Assembly (NCBI GenBank): GCA_000934665.2
Contig: KZ537966.1
Coordinates: 186,001 to 243,372, forward strand
DNA: 57,372 nucleotides
DNA from: Catajapyx aquilonaris
Lineage: Eukaryota
Direction: 5' to 3'
In this document: in pieces, positions 36,978-49,806 of the stretch
Layout of the letters: every line of letters begins with the position of its first letter
Position numbering within the stretch: the first letter of the stretch is position 1
Program-made: the position numbers and the translations under genes
Notes under the pieces: generated by a model
The model's database searches: none
What the model saw: the letters and a program-made list of their open reading frames with translations, nothing else
Told to the model about the DNA's origin: nothing

Positions 36978-37429
36978 GAGTGTTTGTCACTCAGGAAAAA
37001 CGTGGTCTTTTGCAAGACGACTATTCCGCTAGTACCTTCCGATATTCGGCCTTGAACAATTTTAAAACAGATGCTGGATCTGGTCCAGAAAGCAGAGTGT
37101 CTTCCGGGCTTGGTACAATGTCTCCTCTTTTTTTCCGCATGTGTACAGCCCCTCCACTAAAATGTCACACGGATGTGCACATACTTTTCCTGTCCTGTTC
37201 AAAAAAGGTTGACAGAAAAATTAATCCTAATTTGCAGGCATCAGACAGGTGTTTGCACATATTCAAATCAATGTGACCGGAAGCTTTTCATATCTGTGTT
37301 TGAGCTGTCTGTCCATCACATTTGCGGAAGAGCACGGATGCTCTTTAAAATGGGTCGGTATGTGTTTGGGGATCCACTTTGGTTCAGTTGGTCAAGTACA
37401 TTGCATATCCAGAATTTTTGTGCTAAGAA

Positions 37430-37777
37430 ATGGCTAGCAAAGCACTTGCAAGTTTGGTCCTGGTGCTTCTCGTAGCGTCCAGCAATGGGTTTCTCTGTAA
37501 GTGACCGCAAGGGTATGTTCTGGGTATGTTCGTAACTTGCTTCTTTCACAGTCAACCTGGGGACATGTGTGCCGGGGACAGTAAGCAGTCCTAATCCTTG
37601 CTTGCTGTGCACCTGCGTCTATCCGACATTGAACATCTGCAAATTTGTTCTCCTCTGCAATGCTGGTAAGGAATGTGAGTTGCAAAAAATGGCATCAGCA
37701 CTAATCTTGCAATATTTACAGGTGCTTACACCTCTACTTTATACCCGACGACCCCAACTACAAGACCCGTTGGGTAG
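37430..37777 (+). CDS. Small secreted six-cysteine peptide (pacifastin/half-VWC-like), 78 aa
   Basis: Exons 37430-37496, 37552-37665 and 37722-37777, with 55- and 56-nt GT-AG phase-1 introns. Product: MASKALASLVLVLLVASSNG-FLFNLGTCVPGTVSSPNPCLLCTCVYPTLNICKFVLLCNAGAYTSTLYPTTPTTRPVG*. It has a signal peptide, C-x10-C-x2-C-x-C-x7-C-x5-C spacing, and a T/P-rich tail. Confidence 0.78.
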
Positions 37778-39425
37778 AGTCAACCTCTGCAATCACGGAA
37801 TCCTACATGTCTCCAAACATGATTTTATTGCAAATTGTCACACTCATACAATGAACAAGTTGTTACACACGCCGTACTCGTAAATAGTAAAATCCATGTA
37901 ATCAACTTGGCTTGGTCATGTCAATTTATTTTGTGGCCCACGTCTCATTCTGAAACATCTCCTGCTTCCAGAAACCTTCTGTGACTTGTGACGGTTTGCA
38001 TAAGTTAACAGCTGAACTGGCACAACAGCAAAAACAACAGTCATGCTGCATTTGTAAACATGTTCAAACAAAACATTCTCAGTTCCATGTGTGTACTGTA
38101 CTGTCATCTTGTCACAACACACATTGTCTTAAAATTGGTCCGACTCTACTAACGATCCAGACAAAATAAAAAAACAATGCAGCCAACATCTTGATATTAA
38201 GAACAATTTTCCAGCTTTAATGAACAATATTGAAGAAAACGGAGATCAAAGCTTGTCTCATTATCAGAACGGAGAAACCCAGGTGTGCAGGTGCTACCTC
38301 TCATGTTAAAGCTCAACATGTTCCACGCGTATGGTAGCCTCTATGTTGCCCGCAAATTGTACAAGAAACTATCTCGGATGATCGGCTTATCTACAGCAAC
38401 ATCACGGCCTTGGCCACCATTTTCTAAACAAAACCCAGTACTAGGAACATGCTGCAGTAAATATTGAAAACTAATGGATATGTAGACTTGTAAAAAAAAT
38501 AAAATAAAGACAAATAAAAGGTAGAAAAAAGTTCCTAAACAATTCAATGAGTTCCCTCCCCATTTCATCCGTGATTTGTACCTTGGCTTTGTGAAGGCCC
38601 TAGTTATGCTTGACACACACCTACGATTGTTGTTGGATCCAAATAGAATTTAGTGGAAGTCCAAGAGGACTGGAGGGAACGGAAGGTTCTGCCTAATACG
38701 TATCCCAGTGATTGCATGTAAAAATAGTGTGCTTCAATGGAAAGGTATCCCAAAATCTTCTCTGAAGTAATTTGCACCAAATCTCCAGCAGTTTTCATGT
38801 CAAGTCCTGCCGCACATGCGACACACAACACATTTAAGAGAGCGGTAAATGTATAAAATACCACTCCTAATAATACTAATAAAAAATATTAACAATAGAA
38901 GCACTTAGAATAGGGAAGTGTACAACCTGATGATTTAATTGTGGTCATCTGCTTTTAAAGAGCTCAATAATGTAATTGCTCCCAGTTCAGAGGTATTATG
39001 AAGCATAATTATGGAGTTTTTGAATTTACATATCACATACATGGTGTAACACTGCCCAGATAACTCCTGAAATTAAAAAATATATCCGAGGTGTCAAGTT
39101 GGGTATGTCACAATCAGTATGTAGCTCATGAAAAGTGCTACAAAATGTTCCATGCAAATTTTTTTCTCCTTTCTTTCTTAAATAAAATTCTGACAAGTAA
39201 TTCCTCAATAATACGTGATTAGAAACAAATAAAAGCTTGTTCATCTGTACTTGCAACTTACACTGGCATATAAGTCAAGTACAAGAGCAGACCACTGAAG
39301 CACAAGGTCACATACAACAATGCCAGTTTAGTCACATACACTACGAGGCCAGTTGCCAGAAGTAAAATAGTTATGGGAGACATAGTGACGCAATAGAGGC
39401 ATTTTCATACAGGAAGGGTTCAATA

Positions 39426-39592
39426 CTGCCGTCAGATGTAAGAAGACCGTAACTCAAAAACCAGTAAGGGTGAAAGTCGCATGCATGTCCTGGACTAATC
39501 CCTCCTGACTCAGAGGGGATTAGTGCAGGGCGTGCATGTGACTTTCACCCTTACTAGTTTTTGAGTTACGGTCTTCTTACATCTGACGGCAG
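39426..39592. mobile_element. Fully palindromic MITE (4-bp TSD, possibly Sola-like)
   Basis: About 78-bp arms ctgccgtcagatgtaagaagaccgtaactcaaaaa... / ...tttttgagttacggtcttcttacatctgacggcag, flanked by AATA on both sides. Confidence 0.8.
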
Positions 39593-40487
39593 AATACTCC
39601 TTCTCTCATTTCATCAAGATCATTGTTGAGTGAAATTTCCACTGGGGGAACATCAAAGGAAACATTAAAATATAGGCCTACTATGAAATCAAAGTCCCTC
39701 CCCTATCCAGAAGTTCCTCCCCTTTCATGAGGAACCAGGTGTTGTCGAGAATGTCTGAAAGCAAGGTTCCACGCTGGATATCTCCACAGGAATGGTTCAC
39801 TTATTATTCTAAATGGCATTGAGATGTACGCTTTCAAACTGCTGCTAACTCACAAAATTCTGTCGTACATAAATGACAATTTACTTGTCTTCAGTGGATC
39901 ATTTTTGTTCATGAACTTATTAATGTGACATTCTACTCAAGTGGTCTAAAAATCTCATTGGAAGGTATGATTGACAAACTTGAGCCTTTATGGAGGTCAG
40001 AATCCATTTTCTTAATTGCTGATGGATTTTTGATGAGGATGATAATTTGCACTTTCAATTTGTGGCTGAATTGATCCTTCCAGCCAGAAATAAACATTTA
40101 AAAAAAGAAATAAAGGTTTATGACAAAATACATCGCAGTACTAGATGTACTCGTAATGTTTAAGGGCTGGGAAAGACTGAGATCTCATTGAGATTTTACG
40201 TAGTGGAACTGCTGATATTCGAGGCCGACTAGGAGATTTAAAACATGATTATTTAAAAAATGCAGCCTCTTTTCCCCTCACAATAGCACACACCAGAGTC
40301 ATTAATGCTTCATCAAACAAAATAAGCCTTGTCATCAATCCTACGGGGTGCAAGTGTACTGGTAACCCCCTCCCTGTTTTGAACCAAACAGGTGCTACCA
40401 AACCCACGTTAAAGGGAGGGGGGCAGAAATTAAGGAAGATGGTGGGTAGTGGCAATATCTACAGATGAAAAAAAATGCTGCCATGTC

Positions 40488-43400
40488 TTAGCGTTTGCGT
40501 CTGCACATCCTCTTGTGCTCCTTTTGCCAATGCATCTGCTGGCACTCAATGCTGCAGTACGCCGTGTTCCAGCAGCAGTGGTAAATAGCCTCAGCCTCAC
40601 AATTGTAGCACTGCAAGGTGAGATTAGATGTAACAAAAAAAACTATGTTAAAAATATGAGAATTATTGCTATGAAGTAACTGATGATGTGATACCAGAAG
40701 TACCAGCTGCTGTAGTAACATTTTCCCTTAGATATTACCTGGCCATTACATTACTTTAATGACAAAATGTCTCACCCATTGCTTCTTCTTGACTTCAGAC
40801 ACCAGTTGCTTATTCTTTTCCTGCATCTCCTCCATGTCCACTGCTGCCTGGGCCTTCACCTTATCCAGATCCTTCTGAAGTTCTTTTGTTGCAACTGCAA
40901 TCTGTCTCTGAACATCGGCCTCGTGCTCTTTCTTCAGCTTGTCAACCACTTCTTGCAGGTTTTCTGTTACTTTGGAGTTACGTTTCCGTCTCTTACTTGT
41001 ACTTTCTTCTTCCTGCCACTTGAAGGAATAATCCCAATTTTAGTCTTACGCAACTGTGGTGTTGATTTTCTATAAGCATAACATGAAGCAAGCTGGCACG
41101 TTTGGATAATTAGGTAAACACTCACCGGCAAGAACTGTGACTGTGTCTGCACGGACACTGACTTCGTGCTTGGATCCTGACATGATGATGATGACACCAC
41201 GTCCTCAGGAACAGGACCTTCTTTGGACTTCCCTTTGGATTTGCTTGTGGATGAGATTGAACTCTCCTCTTCCTCCTTTTCCTCTTCTTCTTCCTCCTCC
41301 TCCTCCTCCTCCTCTCCATCCTCCTCCCCTTCACCCTCTTCTTCTTCCTCATCATTTGCCTTGTCATTTGACACCTTCCTCTTCCCCCTTGTTTCCATTG
41401 TTGAATCCTTTTCTACCTCACTCTCTTCCTCTTCTCCCTCCTCTTCCTCCTCCTCCTCTTCCTCACTATGGCAGAAGGCAGGATCCGAGAAGTTCGAGTC
41501 ATTCTTCACCTTATCCAGGACCTCCTGATGCTTCTTAAGCTCCTCACATGCTTTGTTCCAAGCTGATGTCCGTTTAATCTGTAATAGAAATAAATGCTGG
41601 ACTATTACAACAACTCACCAGGGATTGCCGTTCAGGGTACCATAACATCCCTCATATCTGTACTATCATGGACAGAAAGATCATGACTGGGCCAGAAGCT
41701 CTAACAAGTTACTTGGCAAACCAGTAACTTCCCTCACACCAACACCATTGTGTGGTAGAGTGCATTATGATGAACCTGAAATTACTTCACATCTGGAATG
41801 ATAAATTCCAGGATCTGGAAAAATGAGAAAGTAGGCAAGTGCTACCTGAAGAGTGTGAATGTTGACCGATATCGGCCGAATGTGTTGCTTCTCAATGACA
41901 GCCCTCTGGTGGTAACCGCCGAAGAAGCGAACGTCATACTTGTCATTGTCTTGCACACGGATGACCTTCGCTGGCCAGTATGGAAAACCCTTCTGCTTGG
42001 CATACACCAGCTGATGGGGAGGACGGCAGGGCTTGCAGAACCAGTACTTGTCTATCTTCTCATTCGACACCCGGTAGCAGTCACGGCACTGACATATCTC
42101 CTGCAGGTCATACTTGCAGTCACGAAGCATCTGGCGAGCCATATCTGCCAAGCTGCTGTGGACTAAAGAACAAAGCAGAGTTGTCCTATGAACACTATGA
42201 AATGGCTGATTTACATTTTTATGACAATTGCACGGCACTGGAATGTTGTTACAATGCAGAAATGGTCAGCGATAAGCAGAAGCACAAGATGGGAAGAAGT
42301 CAGGAATTTGCATGACTATTTAACATATCAAAATGCATTTTGATTTCCAACTGAATCATTATGGCATCTACATTACTGAATCAATATGAATGTGAACTCC
42401 TTCGCACACTTCACACTGAACCATGATATTACAGGACAAAACCAGAAAGGTTGTAAGAGGAAATCTTGCTCATTGTACAGTACGTCAGCACGTCAGAGCA
42501 GTAAAACGAGACTTTTTGAGACATTTGCATGAAGCAAGAATACAATGCTCATCCAGGACACATTTCAAAATATTACGGCCCAGTTCATGTGTACCTCCGT
42601 GGTAGATGACAACATTGTGAACAATAGTCTCGGCATCAGTGAGGAACTGCTCCAGAGTCCGGTACTTGTTGTTCTGGGCTTTGTTTTCCATGGTAAGAAG
42701 GTCCATTGTCTTGTAGACCAAGTAGGAGAAGCGCCAGTGCTCCTCCTCATCAACACCCAGGTGGGGGCGCAGCAGTTCACGGCTCTGCAATGAACCAGAG
42801 CGGTCGATGATGTTTGAGAAGGGGGACTTGCTCGCCTCTACCCTCCTGTGTTCGGGGATGGTAACGGGCAGCTGGAATGGATGATTTGAAAAGAGAAAAC
42901 AAAAAAAAAGCAGGGATGGTTCAGCCAAGGGAATGATGATTAGTCGTCTACTGTAAGGAAATTGCACAGGGATTCTTGGCGGTTGGAACGTGCTTCTACA
43001 TACCCCTACGCTGCCTTCTCACCCTGTAGAGTAAAAAATGTGACATACCCTTTCTTTCAGGCGAAGGCAGGTAAATCCTAGAAGATGGTTCAGTTCTCGT
43101 CGTTTGATCTTATTCTTATCCTTGCTGCTTTGAAGCCTCTGGGAGGTGAATTCAGAAAGTCAGTTTTCATTTGTGGTACAACATTCAATACATTTTGTAG
43201 TTTTCTTACTATAGTGTATGGTCATTCTTCCCTGTGCTACAAGTCACTGATCACATTCACATTTTAAATGCATAATAATAATGATTGTTGCAACAAAATA
43301 TATTGCACACTGTGAAGCTGCTTCATAAACTTGGGTTCTGTCCATTTGTAACAATCAATACAATTCCAACTCACTTCACACACGTCGCAGACAAAGGTGT

Positions 43401-43947
43401 CAATATCAATGTTCCTCTTCCGTGGAGCTTCCTCGCCTTCTTCCACTTCTTCTGCGCAGGCCAAGTGGTACACCCGGTGACACTTTGATGAGGTGCACTT
43501 CATCACGTCCCCAGATTCATGGCAATAGAAGCAGTACCAATCATGCCCTTCTTTGCTCATCTGGAAGAAAGCACATTGTGAAAACTAACATGGTCTCAGC
43601 ACCCCAACAATTAAAACTCACGCTCTCCTGTGGCAGTCGATAGCTGTCCTGTTCCACGCCAACCTTTGATCCCTTGAAGCCCACCCGAGTAATTTTCCTC
43701 AGCAGACCATCATCAGAGCAATACTTCAACTGCTCAACCACCTCCTCTGTAAGAACCATTTCATCATCACCCTTGCCAAAACAGCCATTTAAAAAATCCG
43801 ATAATCACCTTCAGACATCCCATGCACCCGGTTCATATACCGGTAAATCCTATCAAAATTGGGGATCTGCTTCTGGAAAACGATGATCTTGATCGCATCC
43901 CATATCTGCTGCGCATTTTGTGGATTGGATGACCGCTGCACCACCAT
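40488..43947 (-). CDS. ZMYND11: Zinc finger MYND domain-containing protein 11 (BS69): winged helix, PHD, bromodomain, PWWP, coiled coil, MYND
   Basis: Exons 43947-43809 ([38 protein letters not shown]), 43746-43622 ([17 protein letters not shown]), 43560-43375 ([22 protein letters not shown]), 43138-43049, 42871-42595 (bromodomain), 42162-41846 ([30 protein letters not shown]), 41578-41126 (acidic), 41012-40776 (..KKKQW) and 40610-40488 ([40 protein letters not shown]). Phases are consistent. Confidence 0.94.
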
Positions 43948-44116
43948 GGTTGCAGGAAACTAGTGCTCAACTGTGCTGCAGCAAGAAAATGCGCTGTCAA
44001 GTATGTAACTGTACTGTCATGAGTACAGAGATGCACACAGCACTACAGCATGACTCATTGACAAACCAGTCAGTATTACCTATTCAATGTTACCGTACCT
44101 AATGTTACCTATGCAA

Positions 44117-44265
44117 TAATGTACGGAAAATGAGAGAACGATCTGACGTCATCCAAGTTTCCATGGAAATATTCTCACAGAACAATATGAGTAAACAGCG
44201 GCCAACAAAAAGCAACAATGTAAGAAACGATGATGTCAGATCGTTCTCTCGTTTTCCGTACATTA
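44117..44265. mobile_element. MITE with about 35-bp TIRs, TA-flanked
   Basis: taatgtacggaaaatgagagaacgatctgacgtcatc / gatgatgtcagatcgttctctcgttttccgtacatta. Confidence 0.7.
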
Positions 44266-44658
44266 GTGTGCATTATGGCCATATGGAAAGCAGAAAACTT
44301 GTGCATTCGCTTAAAAAGGGGTGATTCGGCTATAACAGACCATGGTTATAACTAGAGAACAGATTCATAGGGTTTTACCAACTCGTTATTCTGTAGGCAG
44401 GACACCAGAACCAACAAATCCGTCTGTTTCATAATACAAGGGCATCAAAAATCATAGTTATAGAACTTTGCCTATTTCTGGAGGTGGAACCTAAGTGGCT
44501 TATTAGCACATATTTTTACATATTTCCACCTTCTTGATGCCATTCCGTAAATTTTCAAGAGTTTGAGGGCTTTCCGTTCAATGCAAACCCTCCCACTTCA
44601 ACCTGCAAAACATGAAGAAGCTGTAGATGACATTTCACTTTCCAAGTCCAGTTACTTA

Positions 44659-44795
44659 GGCCCGTTTTCTGGAACAGTGGTTCAAATGTAAACCCGGTTC
44701 AAGGTCAGTTTAATCCCCCCTGAACTAGGATTTAATCTCTTATCAGGGATTAAACCCGCTTTACATTTGAACCACTGTTCGCGCGAAAACCGGCC
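44659..44795. mobile_element. PIF/Harbinger-type MITE
   Basis: TIRs ggcccgttttc..gaacagtggttcaaatgtaaa / tttacatttgaaccactgttc..gaaaaccggcc. TTA target duplication on both sides. Confidence 0.75.
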
Positions 44796-44906
44796 TTAGT
44801 GTGACGTCGAAAGGCCATTTTCAGTGTATAAAAATGCATTGTCAGCGAGGCAACTAACGGAAATATGGAACAACTGCTAGTTTGTTACTTTCTTCAAAAT
44901 TCCATC

Positions 44907-45113
44907 CACTGTAAACCGCAAAACATTAAAAGAGCATCACTGGTGTCTCTCATGGAGCATCAATTTTTGATGCTCTTCTAATGCTCTTGTGATGCTTTTA
45001 GCAAGGAAAAAAAGGCATCAGATGAGCATCAAATGAGCATTAGAAGAGCATTAAAAATTAATGTTCCATAAGAGACTCACCAGTGATGCTCTTTTTTTTT
45101 GTGGTTTACAGTG
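44907..45113. mobile_element. Fold-back MITE with CACTG termini (CMC/EnSpm-like)
   Basis: cactgtaaaccgcaaaa... / ...ttttgtggtttacagtg, with about 90-bp arms built from gagcat(c/t) subrepeats. Confidence 0.7.
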
Positions 45114-45267
45114 TAGCCAAAAGTAACATAAATTAGGACCTGCTTGACTTTGCCTCTACAAGAGCCTATTTTGACTGTTTTCAGGACCTAAATGCCTACA
45201 TAGGCATATTTGACGGTTTTTTTAAGAACCTAAAAATCCGTTCTTTAGTTATGACATACTTTTTTCT

Positions 45268-45323
45268 GTTGACACTGCATATAACAGACTTAAAGGGTTA
45301 AGTATGTTATATGCAGTGTCAAC
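45268..45323. repeat. 56-nt near-perfect hairpin
   Basis: gttgacactgcatataacagacttaa-aggg-ttaagtatgttatatgcagtgtcaac: 26-bp stem with one mismatch. Confidence 0.85.
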
Positions 45324-45458
45324 TGCATTGTTGTTGTTGTTATGGTTATGTTATGGTCATCAATCCCCCTCCTGTCAAGAGCCTCCATGGCATGCGGCTA
45401 GTAAAGTGACAATCCCCCCCCATCATCTGTAATGTCAGTTCATGATCCGTGGACTCAC

Positions 45459-45980
45459 TGTTGTCAACGCCCCTTCCGCTCAGTCCCTGCTCAGCGCACC
45501 GCCATGCCTCGAGCGGGGGAGGGAGGCTCGCCCCGCTGCTGGTCCAGAGGAGATGCTGCTTGGTCCGGGCAAGCGGAAGAAGAGAGAGAGAGAGATGCCA
45601 AGAAGGGCGTGGGTAATGAAGGGAGGAGGAGGCAGGAAGGCAGGCAACAAAGGAGATGTAATAAAGGACGTGTCGGCTGCCTACTTCTTGTCGCTATTTT
45701 CCGACGGCGACGGCGCCACGGAAGTTTGCGCCTTGCGGAGGAAAAGAGGCGGCGGCGCTACCCCAGTTGGCACCACAGTCGCCCACAGTCATTTTTAAAA
45801 AAACAAAAAAACGGAATATTTAGTACGAACAATAACAACCCATCAAGATTTAATGCCAGGTGGAGCCGAGATTGCATCCTAATTTTCTAAATGAATTTGA
45901 TTGAAAAGTACGCGGTTTTTGGCGCCAAACATTTGACAAGTATGGCAACGGTGTTATTTATTGCCGTCACGTGAAGGACA
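45459..45980 (-). promoter_or_regulatory. Non-coding first exon and CpG-rich promoter of ZMYND11
   Basis: Minus-strand donor ca|gtgagt at 45458. CpG-rich 45460-45800. E2F palindrome tttggcgccaaa at 45918-45929. E-box gtcacgtga at 45966-45974. Confidence 0.6.
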
Positions 45981-46321
45981 TTCCTCTTCCCCCCCCCTTT
46001 TCGGGAAAAGTATGAGCCTCAATTACACGGTGCCATGCTGGCAATGTGCGCACTTGCAGGGAGTGTGCAATGCAATGCAATGACCGACAAGAACGCACTT
46101 TCTTTCTTCTTGAAACTCCCAACGTATCTAACGGGTAAATATTGGCCTGTCAAGGTGAAATTTGAACCCTATATCTATATAGCTAGAATTGGCTTGGCGT
46201 GACTTTGTCCCTACACGCGTTGACTCATCAAGGTGCATGTAGTCAAATATTATTAACGCGCTTCGCGTTAATAATATTTGATGTAGCTACCAATGGTTAC
46301 CACTCTAGTTGCCACGTGCAA

Positions 46322-46621
46322 CTGAAGCAGGTTGGTGAGCGTGTAGGGAGCCCGTCTGCTAATCGGGAGGTCCGGGGAGGTCCTGGGTTCGAATCCCGGG
46401 GCCGGCGACCCTGACCATGGTTTTCTGTGGTTTTCCATGGTCCCCTCCAGGACAATTCCGGGGTCGTTTCCGTAAAAATAGGCCACAACCGCTTCCATCC
46501 TTCCCTATCCCTGGTCCCATCCAATGGAGGTAATAATCACCCCACTAAGGGAGCCGGCTCTAGCACGCTCTAGCACGGGGTATGATAAATAAATAATAAC
46601 AAGAGCTGATAATAATAAAAA
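46322..46621 (+). mobile_element. tRNA-derived SINE, family A, copy 3
   Basis: B box gggttcgaatccc, shared core ggttttctgtggttttccatgg..ggccacaaccgcttcc, A-rich tail, 15-bp TSD agttgccacgtgcaa (46307-46321, 46622-46636). Confidence 0.88.
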
Positions 46622-48017
46622 AGTTGCCACGTGCAATGCCAATAACTGGTAGCGCGGCACATCGAACTACATCCAAGTGAAGGCGAGCCGGGCAGTGTTG
46701 CCCAATTTTAGTGCCGGTAATGCATAAACGTCATGTGATGCCCGATAGTGTATGAAGTAGCTGCATCGTGTGGTCGTGCGGATGTGTAGCAATACACCGT
46801 AAATGCAGACAAGGACGTGGTGAGATGCACCAAGGTCATACGCCGGCGGATATTGCATTTGAGAAAAGCCATCCGGCGAATAATATATCTTGTTGTGTAG
46901 TACTCTCCCTTTGCATATTACCGTTCAGATGCTGCTTGCAACCCGCTACAGAGTTGGAAATCTGTATACAGATGGTTGGAAAAAATGAGCGCAGTGGTCG
47001 CAGATGCCGAACAGGAGACGAGGCGTAAAGGAACGTGTGACCTGGAAAACCTGGGTTTTCTCCTGTCTATTGCACGTGGCTATGGTGTCCGGCATCAGTC
47101 TTCACTGTCGGACACCCCAACATCATTATTGTGAATAATAGAAGTGTGTGTGTGTGTGGTATTTTTTCCTCCCCGTCTAACAGCGGGGTTGGCCCATTCA
47201 TGCTGCATGTGACCCTTTCACATGCTAATCACCCTAGTGCTCGAAGCCTCAGTGACGCAAGTTGCAGGAAAATAAAGACAGTTTTATCACCTTCGCTCAC
47301 AGATCTCACAGGACTATCTTCATCATGCCTGCAATGATATCTGTACATGCGCACGTCATAATAACCAACTGTGTGTACAGTACCTGACAATATATTCATA
47401 TAATATTTTTATTTATTATACAGCTAGTATGAAAAATTGCCAAAAAATGAAACTGATGAATAATTACACTATTGGAGGTAAACAAATGCAATTTTTTCTG
47501 GATAGAAATTAAACCCAAAATGCAACGAAGGACACGAAAATGCACTCGTGAGAACGAGGCAGGGGTTCCTACACCTGATGGGATCACGATTCACATCAAG
47601 GTCGAATAGATTGTTCATGATGATTGCATGAATAGTTTGGGAAGGGAAAATTGTGAAAAATAGAAAGATTTTTTTTGCATTGTCATTGGTATTAAAAAAT
47701 TGTTTTAAATCACACATCCTGTGGGTTTCTGGGCAAGGATATGATCTGAAAAGAATAGTAAAACACTGTCGCTTTCACGAATTTAGCGAGAAATATCGCA
47801 ACATCGTCTGTGCGTTCCTAAGAATTGCACAAATAATTTATTTGTGTCAAAATAGCGACCCCCCGCCCCCTCCTTGCCCCGATCATTACTGAAAGTGTCA
47901 GACAAAATAACCTGTATGACAATGAGATATGAGATAATCGCCTGCATTACGAAAGCAGAAGATAAGCATCGCATATTTTGTAACCGAATTTGATGTACAG
48001 ATGCAGTACACTGTCGG

Positions 48018-48038
48018 AATAATAATAATAACAACAAC

Positions 48039-48107
<69 letters not shown>
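48018..48107. repeat. (AAT)n microsatellite, about 30 units with AAC interruptions
   Basis: Read directly; it explains the poly-Leu ORF at 47783-48145. Confidence 0.95.
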
Positions 48108-48108
<1 letters not shown>

Positions 48109-49806
48109 GGCTAATACATACAATACATCCGATTTTATTAATCACTTCATTATTGCTGTTCTTGTATTCTGAAAACGGGAGAAGAAAATATATTCACAAA
48201 ATATTTAATATTTCACCCGACCCAAGGTTCGAACTATAGGGAATATAGGGACCCTCATCGCCTCATCAGCCCTGCAGTGCCAATTTGGAACCGCGCAGTA
48301 TTCAGCAGGACGAGTGATTGATTGATTGGTCATTGAATGTCGCAAACACCAGCAACAAAGAGGCTACGCTGCGCCAGAGAACCAAGGTCGCATTCAAATT
48401 ATACCGTATATTCAAATGAAATTGCTCGGAGGTACACATCGCCTGTTCATTCATTCATTCATTTATTCACTGCCGGATAGCCTGTAAAATATTATAAACC
48501 GATAAAAAATTGGGTGGAATTTTCGTCCCACTGCTATAGACTAGCAGTACCAGCAGTAACGATAGCAGCGGGAATAAAATTGGATCGTATTTTCATGCCC
48601 ATCATTTATACGCAGGTTCTCACCAAAAGGAACGCAAAATCGTACTGCGCCTTGTGGTGGTATAGGAGTGGCCATAAACTGGTTTTGCGTCTCTTATTAA
48701 AAACCGGACAGCGCAGCACATGAGGGTGACGTGTATCCTACCTGCCACCGGTCAACCACCACTGAAGAAGCATCGCATCGTTCGAATCGTGGTTCGAATA
48801 CTGATGATGAATTGAAGCTGCTGTTGGCAACAGTGACATCATATTGACATAATTATTGTTGTCCATTATTGCCGCAATGCCATCCGCCTTTATTCTTCCC
48901 GATTCTAATGCACCAACAAATCAGGCATAATTGTCGTAATGTCCGCCTCATTACTGCGTCGACGTGTACAACGTACAGTACCGTACTATGTGTATTCCCA
49001 CATTGCCACCCAAAAAATGTACCGTCGTGTCACCCATCTGGCAACCTTCAATCAGGCACCGTCAGGCACCCCCCTGCCTCCCCCACCCCCCGCCCCGAAA
49101 AAAAAGAACAATTTTAGAACACTTCCCGGCCGCCGATGGCCCGGGTGCCAGTGGTGACCCGCGTGTGACCGTTTGTGTGTGTGTGTGCACTGTACATGTG
49201 TACGGTATTGCAGTGGGGGTGCCACGACGCATGCGTGTGGATCCAGGTGTCGCCACAAGGAGAGGGCAGGGGGGGAGTGGGCGCCGCTGCACTGCTGCCA
49301 CGTGCCGGATCCACCCGAACTGATCCCCGAAACCAGCCGAAGTTGCAAGCAAAAGAAGGCGGCCATCGCGGCTCGAACGGGGCACGAACCTTCCCCACCA
49401 CCCCCCCTCACCGTCTCTCTCTCTCTCTCTCTCTCTACCCAACCCTGTACAACACACACACACACACACACACCCTACACCCCCCCTCCCTGTCGCAGTC
49501 ATCCAACCCTCCATCGCTTCTCGAGGGCCACCATCCACGCACCGGGGAAAGGCGCCATACCCGGGAATCCGGTTGCATCTGGCCCGTCCCGCAACGGGGG
49601 GATGTCCCCTAAGGACCGGCCCGACTCCGGGATGATCACACGTCGCTAATAAGTGCACACGGGAGAAATTATAAGAAGAAGAACTAAAGTTTAACCACCG
49701 TGTGGGATACATAGTTGAACAGAACGGACAAGTACCACCGGGGGTGTTCTTAGTTATTCCAAGAAGGAGCAGTGGGAAATAATTAGATGTGGACGAAAAA
49801 GCAGCG

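Noticed and set aside
38341..38864. Minus-strand ORFs of 86-91 aa
   Set aside because: No motif or coherent exon chain; probably 3' UTR or intergenic sequence.
47084..47117. GC-rich hairpin ggtgtccg...cggacacc as a Helitron end
   Set aside because: No CTRR terminus follows and no 5' end is identifiable.
47783..48145. Poly-Leu ORF resembling a membrane protein
   Set aside because: It is the translation of the (AAT)n microsatellite.
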